This document shows, piece by piece, positions 7,032 through 14,248 of a DNA stretch of 16,020 nucleotides (the first letter of the stretch is position 1; every line of letters starts with the position of its first letter). The notes under the pieces are model-generated. The model saw only the letters and a list, made by a program, of their open reading frames with translations. It was not told the origin of the DNA and did not search any database. The stretch is from a candidate division WOR-3 bacterium (lineage in GTDB: Bacteria; Hydrothermota; Hydrothermia; JBDRYB01), in NCBI GenBank assembly GCA_049969615.1, contig JBMFOM010000036.1, forward strand, positions 1 through 16,020. Reading direction: 5' to 3'. The translations under genes and the position numbers were made by a program.

Positions 7032-7952
7032 TCAGCCTTTGACTAATGGCTCATCAAGCCCATCCCACATTGCCGCGGTCGGCATGGAGTTAGTGTTGTA
7101 AAAGCTGGCAGTCTTACCCTCAGCCGTAACCAGTATGATTCCGGATTGTTTTCCCGTCTTATTTCTGATTTCCGAGACCACCTTTTCCGCGACAAGCTGG
7201 GGGTCCATTCCGGACTCAAGGAGGTCAGAAGCCCTCTTGGCCGCGACGGTCCTGATCATGCCCTCGCCCTCTCCGGTAAGCGAAACCGCGCCAAAGCTGT
7301 TGGCGTAATTTCCCGCGCCGGGTATTGGGCTGTCTCCCATCCTGCCCGGCATTTTGAGAAAGACGCCCCCCGTGGATGTGGCGACAGCGCAGAGACCACT
7401 GGCGTCAACTGCGACGGCTCCGACCGTGTCTCCCATAAACTCAGGGTGCTCCCTAACGAAATCGGGCAATCTTGCCCAGCGTTCGGATTTGCCCTCCCTG
7501 AGTTTTGCCATCATCTCCCTATAGGTCTCAACCCTCTCTGGTATAATCGGATCGTATTCTTCAAAACCCATTGCCCTCGCGAACATCCTAGCGCCCTCGC
7601 CAAACAGGATAACATGGTCGGTTTTTTCCATGACAAGCCGAGCTAAAAGGACAGGATTCTTGACCGGCGCACCAACAACAGCACCTGCTTCAAGCGTGTC
7701 CCCTCGCATGACGAGGGCCTCCAGCTCCGGGAAACCCAGTGTGTTAAGACAACTGCCTGTTCCCGCGTTGAACACCGGGTTATCCTCCATCAAGACAACA
7801 GCCTCAACCGACGCGTCCAGGGCCGAGCCACCCGCGGCGAGAACCCTCCAGCCAGCGAGAACAGCCTCTCTGACGCCCAGAAGGGCCTTCTCGAGCCTAT
7901 CAGACTTCCAAGGGCCAGCGCCACCGTTTACTATTATCGCTCTCTTGGTCAT
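7032..7952 (-). CDS. iaaA: Isoaspartyl peptidase / L-asparaginase (Ntn-hydrolase, asparaginase_2 family)
   Basis: AIIVNGGAG, MEDNPVFNAGTG, VKNPVLLARLVME, autocleavage site D|TVGAVAVD, ATSTGG, GRMGDSPIPGAG, TGEGE. Confidence 0.92.
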   Translation of the reverse strand: MTKRAIIVNGGAGPWKSDRLEKALLGVREAVLAGWRVLAAGGSALDASVEAVVLMEDNPVFNAGTGSCLNTLGFPELEALVMRGDTLEAGAVVGAPVKNPVLLARLVMEKTDHVILFGEGARMFARAMGFEEYDPIIPERVETYREMMAKLREGKSERWARLPDFVREHPEFMGDTVGAVAVDASGLCAVATSTGGVFLKMPGRMGDSPIPGAGNYANSFGAVSLTGEGEGMIRTVAAKRASDLLESGMDPQLVAEKVVSEIRNKTGKQSGIILVTAEGKTASFYNTNSMPTAAMWDGLDEPLVKG

Positions 7953-8023
7953 AGAAAGGCCGAAAATATTAAAGCACAGGGTCTTGATCCTTCACGGGTT
8001 TTCGGTTAAGAATGTAGGGCTAT

Positions 8024-8491
8024 ATGAGTTTGTTATTTATCTTATTGGGGAATCCGCTTCCTCCGCCCCTACCCATAAACGAGTTCGCTGTGGCGCCTGA
8101 TTCTCTTGAGAGTAGAGCTCTACAACCCAACGAGCTCTTCAATTGACCTGAGCGGCTACCGGATTCATATCTTAAGCTACGAAGGCTTGCTCGGGTGAAA
8201 AACGGGGTCGTGATACCGCCTGGAGGCCTGGTGGTACTGGATGAGGCCAATCTTGATGGTCATCCATATCTGAATAATAGCCTAGGCGAAATAAGGGTAT
8301 CCCCTCCGGACACGGGTATATACACCTATTGAAACCCCTGAAAAATCCCGGTTTGCCCTTCGTCCCCACCCGGGAGCCTCATCATAGCCAGAAGGGAACC
8401 CTGAGGAAATGCCCTCGTGGCGGGATTTTTCGGGGGGACTCTCTTAGAAATCTCTTCCCTATGGACAAAGTGCTCCTGGCTCAAACCAATA
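8024..8491 (+). pseudogene. Frameshifted lamin-tail-domain (LTD) secreted protein remnant
   Basis: Frame A from ATG 8024: MSLLFILLGNP...INEFAVAPDSLE. Shifted frame from 8112: VELYNPTSSSIDLSGYRI. Back to frame A at ~8189: ARVKNGVVIPPGGLVVLD...LNNSLGEIRV, stop 8330-8332. The 3' boundary is uncertain. Confidence 0.75.
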
Positions 8492-8493
8492 AG

Positions 8494-8540
8494 TTATTAC
8501 TGCTTTATCAGGGGTCTCTATTACTATTTTTATCAGGGGG
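8494..8540. repeat. Short imperfect tandem repeat TATTACT(GC/ATT)TTTATCAGGGG
   Basis: Units at 8495-8514 and 8519-8539; related words at 58-74 and, inverted, at 14196-14211. Confidence 0.6.
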
Positions 8541-8601
8541 TTCATTAGAGTGAAAAACGATTCCCTCTCCAGCTAAGACTTTCCGGCAAGGCAATTCCCG
8601 T

Positions 8602-9552
8602 TCACTTCCCTCTCCCCTTGGTCTCCTCCTGCCTCTGAAGCCAGTTTATGTAGTAGTTCAGCAAGGTGTTGGCAAGATTCTGGGCCTCGGTCGTTAGGGT
8701 GAGACCGGAAACCCTGGCCCTTCTGTTTGCCTTTTGTATCAGGGTCCCATCATCCAGGTAAATCCCAACCTCAAACTCCGCGTCTTCGCCGGTCTTTCTG
8801 ACTGTCCCGTATATAAAAATGTTGCCGCCCATATCAGTAGTGACCCTCTTGGCATCATCCACGCTTATTGTCTCAGTGGTTATGTTCTGTGCGCTCAGGC
8901 TCGTATTGACCTGACCATTTGGAACAACATCAAACCTGGGCGATCGTTCAAAAACCGAGCTCATGGCGTCCTGAATGGTAGTCCCGAGGGATGAGCTTTT
9001 TGCCTCCTCCGTGAGTTCCTTCAGGGGAAATATGAGGAGTTTTCTCTTCTGTATTGGGCCGCCTGAGACATATTCCTTGTTGAGTTCGCCGAGCACGAGG
9101 CCTGTTATGTCCTTTTTCGGATCAGCATACACAAGGGTTTTCTGGGATATATCAAGGACCATCTCCAGGCCGAGCTCCTTTGATATTTTGCGAACGGTCG
9201 CGGTTATCTTGTCCGTATAAGGCGTAAGGAGTTCCTGACTCTTCTGTTCAAGGGCCGCGACCATGTCCCTGAGGACCTTGTTGTATTCTGCCTCTTTCTC
9301 ATCTATCTCCATTTCTCTTGATATCCGCTCCTGATCCGTGAGCATGGGACGCTTTTCCTCATAATCCCTTCTGAGGCTGTCCAACTGCGCCTTGAGACTA
9401 TCTGCCTTCAACTCCCACTGTGCCCTGTATCTATCCAACTCGTCCTTCGCTTCCGCGAGCTCCTTGTAGTTGTCCATTATAACCTGTAGGTCTATGTAGC
9501 CGACCCTTGTACCCTGCTGAGCGAGGAGCGACAAAGCCAGGATTGCAGTCAT
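8602..9552 (-). CDS. OmpH/Skp-family chaperone fused to a C-terminal TolB-N/CsgG-like domain
   Basis: AQQGTRVGYIDLQVIM, long coiled-coil, KELGLEMVLD...LVYADPKKDITGLVL (Skp). About 150 extra aa follow: KLLIFPL...RSPRFDVV...GGNIFIYGTVRKTG. Start 9552 chosen from the signal-like N-terminus and promoter position. Confidence 0.8.
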   Translation of the reverse strand: MTAILALSLLAQQGTRVGYIDLQVIMDNYKELAEAKDELDRYRAQWELKADSLKAQLDSLRRDYEEKRPMLTDQERISREMEIDEKEAEYNKVLRDMVAALEQKSQELLTPYTDKITATVRKISKELGLEMVLDISQKTLVYADPKKDITGLVLGELNKEYVSGGPIQKRKLLIFPLKELTEEAKSSSLGTTIQDAMSSVFERSPRFDVVPNGQVNTSLSAQNITTETISVDDAKRVTTDMGGNIFIYGTVRKTGEDAEFEVGIYLDDGTLIQKANRRARVSGLTLTTEAQNLANTLLNYYINWLQRQEETKGRGK

Positions 9553-9558
9553 GTCGTT

Positions 9559-9588
9559 ATGATAAGGCAGGACCATATCCCTGTTCCA
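9559..9588 (-). promoter_or_regulatory. Putative leaderless promoter of the Skp-fusion gene
   Basis: Minus strand TGGAAC-N18-TATCAT, then 6 nt to ATG 9552; no SD. Confidence 0.45.
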
Positions 9589-9658
9589 CCATTCATTTCC
9601 CCGGTCCGTACTGCCCCGTAGATTCAATCGGCCAGTGCGAACCTGACACCGTGACTTA

Positions 9659-10900
9659 CTAGTCCGTCTTCAATAGCTTGAACCTCTTACTCCCGCCCAC
9701 GAGGAAATAGACCCCTGGTCTTTCTGGTGCTATCTTATAAGAACCGGGCCCTTCCATGTGGATACCCTCGGTCATTTTACCGGACACATCATAAAGAGTG
9801 GGAACAGACCAGCCTTCCGGAACAACCAACCAGGTAGCATCCCTAAAAACCGTCGGCCCCAGCTGAAATAGGGAGGAACCGGGGCCATCCTCCACGGCAG
9901 GGTTCCCGTTTCTGGTCTTGACAAGGCAAGAATCCCTCCTGATGTTGCCCTTTTCATCCTGCGCCTGAACCACGAACCAGTAGTCCCCATCAACGAGAAG
10001 GCCGGTATCCCAAGACAAGAGGCTATCAGAGGTCTCAACGGTTGAATCCCCATCGGTATTGGTAACGATGTAGAAGAAATCTCTGTTTTCATAGTCCCCC
10101 TGGGTCTTCAGATAGTTATCATACTCATAGATGGTATAGACAATGCCATAGCTGTTGTAGTTCAGGGTATCCCTGAAGAGAAATGACAGGGTCAGCGGAA
10201 CCGCTCCCTTTACCTCGTAGCTTATCCGATAAACCCCTATTCGCTCGTATGTGGGGTAGCCCCAGGAAATTCCGAATTTGTCGTATATCTTGGCTATCAC
10301 ATCCACTTTGCCATAGAGGGAGTCCGGTGACAGGTATGTGCTTGAGTTGTTGTGCCTGAACGCGAATTTGCACGAGCCGCTCATCCCGGTTGATTCAAAT
10401 ATGGGCTTGACCGTGTCCGTGTTCGGCACGAGGTCAACCAATGGGTTCCTTATGAAGCGCCAGCCAGCATCGTTCCAGTTCGTCCCGTGGTGGCGTATCC
10501 GGGCAAAATGGCAGTGGTCAAAACCAGTGACAGGCCACGGGACCAGATAACCTATGGTTGTCCCCCGGGAGACCTGGTCTCCAACGCTAACATGATATCT
10601 ATATGGGTCTATGTGCGCGTAGAGCCAGCCATCGCTCCAGTCAGAGGTATTTTGGTCAGAGGTAGCAACTCGCCAGTGATAGTCGCCGGATATTGTCATC
10701 CAAGCCTTGACCCAGCCGGCCGCGACAGCACGGACCTCCTTTCCCTGGGTGACACCCATAATGTCAACTCCAGGGTGCAGATAGGCTCCGGATGGGTCTC
10801 CGGAGTATTCCTGGTATTCACCCCAGGAATTCCCGACCGGATGTGCCTGATCCTGGGGAACCAGGGGCCAGGGTATTGACAGCAGAATGGTGGTAATTAT
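9659..10900 (-). CDS. Secreted M23-family metallopeptidase with T9SS type-A-like C-terminal domain; probable ATA start
   Basis: The frame is open upstream of ATG 10759: IITTILLSIPWPLVP...GNSWGEYQ...YLHPGVDIM (HxxxD), then LYAHID, VSVGDQVSRG, DHCHF (HxH). C-terminus LYDVSGK...PGVYFL...KLLK. SD GAGGTGAT lies just upstream of ATA at 10900. Confidence 0.8.
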   Translation of the reverse strand: MITTILLSIPWPLVPQDQAHPVGNSWGEYQEYSGDPSGAYLHPGVDIMGVTQGKEVRAVAAGWVKAWMTISGDYHWRVATSDQNTSDWSDGWLYAHIDPYRYHVSVGDQVSRGTTIGYLVPWPVTGFDHCHFARIRHHGTNWNDAGWRFIRNPLVDLVPNTDTVKPIFESTGMSGSCKFAFRHNNSSTYLSPDSLYGKVDVIAKIYDKFGISWGYPTYERIGVYRISYEVKGAVPLTLSFLFRDTLNYNSYGIVYTIYEYDNYLKTQGDYENRDFFYIVTNTDGDSTVETSDSLLSWDTGLLVDGDYWFVVQAQDEKGNIRRDSCLVKTRNGNPAVEDGPGSSLFQLGPTVFRDATWLVVPEGWSVPTLYDVSGKMTEGIHMEGPGSYKIAPERPGVYFLVGGSKRFKLLKTD

Positions 10901-10909
10901 GGTATCACC

Positions 10910-11731
10910 TCACTGTGGCTTGTATGTATGGAGGACCCTTGACACGAAGACCCGCAGGGTTTCGCCATCGCAATATATGTTTGACACGAACGCCGGTTCG
11001 TCCGGGTCGCTGTAAGTGACCCTCCAGCATTCCTCGCCGCCCTCGGAGTAAGCCCACAGAGTAGCTTTCCGGGCATCCATATCAGTGCCAGCAATCCATA
11101 TAAGGCCACCCCCGTAGTGTAGGGCTGAGGTTGACACGGGGAGCTCTTTGTCCCAAAGCTTCTTGCCCGCGAAATCAAAGAAAACCAGGTTATGTGGGAA
11201 AGCGACAGCGACGCCGCGCTGGCATATCTGAACGAACCTTGGATATTCGTATGACATGGTCCATTCCTTCATCTTATCCCGATATAGTCTCAGTTTACCG
11301 TTCCAGATCCCCGCGACCAGGCCCTCGGATATGTCCATTGGCGGGATGACCTCATATTCGCCTACGGGTTTAAACCCGCTTGTAAAATAGAGGATGATTC
11401 CATGATTTGAATAAATTAGTATCCACTCTCCCAGAACCAGCGGAAGCGCGTTCCCGATTTCCATGCTCCATCGGAGCTCACCATCTTTATAGACCCTCAT
11501 CTGTTTCCCCTGCGTCAGAACCAGACACCCATCATCCGTGACCTGGATGTCTGTTCCGGCCTTCCAATCAACATCTATCTGCCATGAGCCACGAGGAACC
11601 GAGACGCTTACAAAGTAGCGAGGGTCTCCGGAGTGAACCTCTGCCATCACAGCGAGGTTATCCGAAACAACAACTGATCTGGTAGTATCTGTTGATACTA
11701 GGGTCCACGAAATAATTAAAAGTATCATCAT
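10910..11731 (-). CDS. Hypothetical exported protein, probable beta-propeller (PQQ-like W repeats)
   Basis: Hydrophobic N-terminus MMILLIISW; repeats DGELRW, DKMKEW, AGKKLW, GGEECW. Start 11731 or 11737. Confidence 0.6.
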   Translation of the reverse strand: MMILLIISWTLVSTDTTRSVVVSDNLAVMAEVHSGDPRYFVSVSVPRGSWQIDVDWKAGTDIQVTDDGCLVLTQGKQMRVYKDGELRWSMEIGNALPLVLGEWILIYSNHGIILYFTSGFKPVGEYEVIPPMDISEGLVAGIWNGKLRLYRDKMKEWTMSYEYPRFVQICQRGVAVAFPHNLVFFDFAGKKLWDKELPVSTSALHYGGGLIWIAGTDMDARKATLWAYSEGGEECWRVTYSDPDEPAFVSNIYCDGETLRVFVSRVLHTYKPQ

Positions 11732-11737
11732 GGTCAT

Positions 11738-11795
11738 ATTTTATGGCTAGGCAGGCTGCCACAGCAAGCGCGTGGCCGTCGTTTTGGGTTATAAT
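11738..11795. promoter_or_regulatory. Divergent promoter pair
   Basis: Minus strand: TTGCTG-N18-TAAAAT (11767-11738), 6 nt before ATG 11731. Plus strand: GGGT-TATAAT (-10 at 11790-11795), 9 nt before TTG 11805, with no clear -35. Confidence 0.5.
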
Positions 11796-11804
11796 CTCAA
11801 AGCT

Positions 11805-12968
11805 TTGAGAGCATTCGTTCCTGCATCGCTGGTAATCTTAATTGCGCTGGGTTGTCGCAAGACAAACGAGGAATCTCTCGCCGTTCCGCAGGCAAACATT
11901 GAACCATTTCCTGCTGTAAAAACCGTAGTCAGGGAGGGAGACCTGCTTGGAATCATCCTGGATAGGGTCCTGAATGGTGAGGACTATGCGAAGGCTCTCA
12001 TGGCAGTTGATTCGGTTATAGGCGCAAAAAAAATAAGGCCCGGAGACACCATCAGTTTCTATATGGAAGGGGAACACCTGGTCAGGCTTGACTACACCAG
12101 GGGATTTAACACGACCAGGTTTGATTTTAACGAAAACGGATTCAAAACCGAGAGGATAACCCCTGAATTCAAGAAGAGGGTGGAATTTATCCGGGGCGAG
12201 GTTGACCAGAGCCTTTATCTGGCATTCCTTGAGCTGGGCGAAAAGGACGCGCTCCTCATTCAGTATGCGGACATCTTCGGCTGGGATATTGACTTCACGA
12301 CAGAGTGCCAGAATGGTGACTCGTTCTTCCTGGTGGTTGAGAAAAATTACCTGGCCGATACCCTGGCGTGTTATGGCTCGGTGCTTTGGGCCGAATACGA
12401 CGGCAGAACAGTGGGCAAACACATCGCCTACAGGTTCAATGATGACTATTACAACAGCGCTGGTCAGTCCCTGAGAAAGGAGTTTCTGAAAAGCCCGCTG
12501 AAGGTTTACCGGATCTCTTCCGGATACTCAAAAAGCAGATACCACCCTATTCTCAAGATATACAGGCCCCACAAAGGAGTTGACTATGCCGCGCCGAAAG
12601 GGACACCCGTTCACGCGCTCGGCGAAGGAACAGTTGCATTTGCGGGTTGGAAAGGCGGTTATGGCAAATATGTGAGGATAAAACACCCGAACGGGTTTCA
12701 GACCGGCTACGGACACCTCTCAGGCATAGCGGTGAAAACCGGGCAAAGGGTTTCACAGGGCCAGATCATAGGCTATGTCGGTGCGACCGGCCTCGCAACC
12801 GGGCCCCACCTTCACTTTGAGATGTTCAAGGGAAACACCTTCGTGAACCCACTGACGGTCAAGACGCCTCCGGCAAAGCCTGTTCCACCGGAGGCCATTG
12901 AGGAATTCAAAAGCATGGTGAGTTTTGCCGATGCCTGCATACGAAAAATTAGAAACAGCGCTCATTAG
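11805..12968 (+). CDS. Peptidoglycan DD-endopeptidase, M23B (MepM/Csd3-like), probable lipoprotein
   Basis: From TTG 11805: MRAFVPASLVILIALG|C lipobox; IFGWDIDF...GDSF, FLKSPL, RYHPIL...HKGVDYAAPKGTPV, YGHLS, ATGPHLHFE. Confidence 0.9.
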   Translation: MRAFVPASLVILIALGCRKTNEESLAVPQANIEPFPAVKTVVREGDLLGIILDRVLNGEDYAKALMAVDSVIGAKKIRPGDTISFYMEGEHLVRLDYTRGFNTTRFDFNENGFKTERITPEFKKRVEFIRGEVDQSLYLAFLELGEKDALLIQYADIFGWDIDFTTECQNGDSFFLVVEKNYLADTLACYGSVLWAEYDGRTVGKHIAYRFNDDYYNSAGQSLRKEFLKSPLKVYRISSGYSKSRYHPILKIYRPHKGVDYAAPKGTPVHALGEGTVAFAGWKGGYGKYVRIKHPNGFQTGYGHLSGIAVKTGQRVSQGQIIGYVGATGLATGPHLHFEMFKGNTFVNPLTVKTPPAKPVPPEAIEEFKSMVSFADACIRKIRNSAH

Positions 12969-14037
12969 AGCGCTCAGTTTGCTTGAGGGAAACAGATACA
13001 CAGGCTATGATCCCTATGATGGGCTTCTCTCGCCCATAGCGAGGATTTTGCCGGGTGCGCGGGCAAGGCTCATTTTTATCCACGGGGTAAGAAAAAAACC
13101 CTTCAACATCAGGCCTTTGCTGGGGATAAAAAAGACCATGAACCCGAAAACCCTGGCGCTCTGCCTTTCTGCCTACGCCATCATCAACAAAATGAAAATC
13201 AGGCCAGAAGTCTCCAGGGGCGAGAGGCTACTACTGCAAAAGGTCGTGGATGTTGTCTCTCTCCTGGATGAATCCTTTCCTTGGGGATACCCATTCCCAT
13301 GGCAATCAAGGGCTTTTTTCGTGCCTCAGGGAACGCCGACCGCGGTGAACACCGCCTTTGTCATTCACGCGCTGGCCGACACGGCAGAAAGCTTTGAACT
13401 TAAAACAGCTGGCCTCGTCAAAAAAGGTGCCGCGAATATCCTGAAATGCCTCAATAGGTCTCATGATGGCTTCTTCAGCTACACGCCTCTTGATAATTAC
13501 AGGATACACAATGCAAACCTGCTTTTGGCATCCGCATTGGCGAGGGCAGGTTTTGCGGATGAGGCTATGGAGGCCGCGCGGGCCTCAATCGCGCTCCAGA
13601 GGCTCGATGGCAGTTGGCCCTATGGAGAGGACCACGAGATGTTCTCTTACATTGATAATTTTCACACGGGATTCGTTATACTGGCGCTCATATCCCTGAA
13701 AAAGACCTTTGGCGATGAGTTCGGCGAACCGCTTGAAAAGGTTGTTGATTTCTACAAAAGGAATCTTTTTGGCTCCGATGGCCTGCCTTTGTGGAGGATC
13801 GACAGGAGGTATCCCCTGGATGTCCACACATTCGCGGTTGCCGCGGGCACGATGGCTGAGCTGGGAGAAACCCAGAAGGCTTTGAAACTTGCGGATGCCC
13901 TTATTCACCTGTTCATGAACAGAGAAGGCCGGTTCGGATATCAGAGGGGAAGGTTTATCTATAACAGGACAAATTATGCCCGGTGGGGACAGGCTTGGGG
14001 AGTCTGGGCACTAGCAAAGGTTCTGCTAGCATCTTAA
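12931..14037 (+). CDS. (alpha/alpha)-toroid / six-hairpin-like protein of unknown function
   Basis: GYDPYDGL, WGYPFPWQSR, FSYTP...IHNANLL, QRLDGSWPYGE, IDNFHTG, YPLDVH, YARWGQAW: a motif set I associate with an uncharacterised family frequent in surface-polysaccharide loci. Overlaps the upstream M23 gene by 38 nt. Confidence 0.65.
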   Translation: MPAYEKLETALIRALSLLEGNRYTGYDPYDGLLSPIARILPGARARLIFIHGVRKKPFNIRPLLGIKKTMNPKTLALCLSAYAIINKMKIRPEVSRGERLLLQKVVDVVSLLDESFPWGYPFPWQSRAFFVPQGTPTAVNTAFVIHALADTAESFELKTAGLVKKGAANILKCLNRSHDGFFSYTPLDNYRIHNANLLLASALARAGFADEAMEAARASIALQRLDGSWPYGEDHEMFSYIDNFHTGFVILALISLKKTFGDEFGEPLEKVVDFYKRNLFGSDGLPLWRIDRRYPLDVHTFAVAAGTMAELGETQKALKLADALIHLFMNREGRFGYQRGRFIYNRTNYARWGQAWGVWALAKVLLAS

Positions 14038-14047
14038 AAACCCACTT

Positions 14048-14111
14048 CCTGGGCAGGATCAAACATTTGCGTATTTGGGGGAACCGGAGATACCCGAGGC
14101 AATAGTTCTAA
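14048..14111. repeat. Dispersed intergenic element, copy 3 (left 64 bp only)
   Basis: 57/64 identical to 111-174; begins 10 nt after the stop at 14037. Confidence 0.9.
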
Positions 14112-14248
14112 CCCAACCCTGACACCAAAACCCTTATTTTAGGGGGGTTTGTCCTTGGAAAGTTAATCTTCCACCGCGGATAATTAAATAGCGTTGAGAC
14201 CTCTGATAAAACTGTCAGTCAAAAACAGGCAACAAACGAGGGAGGCTC

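Noticed and set aside
6754..7101. 115-aa + strand ORF
   Set aside because: No SD and no recognisable motif; it overlaps the 3' end of iaaA and coincides with the hairpin cluster. Not fully excluded.
8020..8553. ORFs 8020..8250, 8172..8369 and 8329..8553
   Set aside because: Better explained as by-products of the + strand LTD pseudogene and the short tandem repeat.
10024..10040. 17-nt exact inverted match between the M23 CDS (TATCAGAGGTCTCAACG) and intergenic 14193-14209
   Set aside because: Similarity does not extend on either side, and a single such match in 16 kb can be chance. An antisense-RNA role is unsupported.
10910..10912. Selenocysteine or genetic-code reassignment at the in-frame TGA
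   Set aside because: TGA terminates other genes here normally (392, 7032, 8602, 14249), there is no redox motif context, and the downstream part has its own SD and hydrophobic leader.
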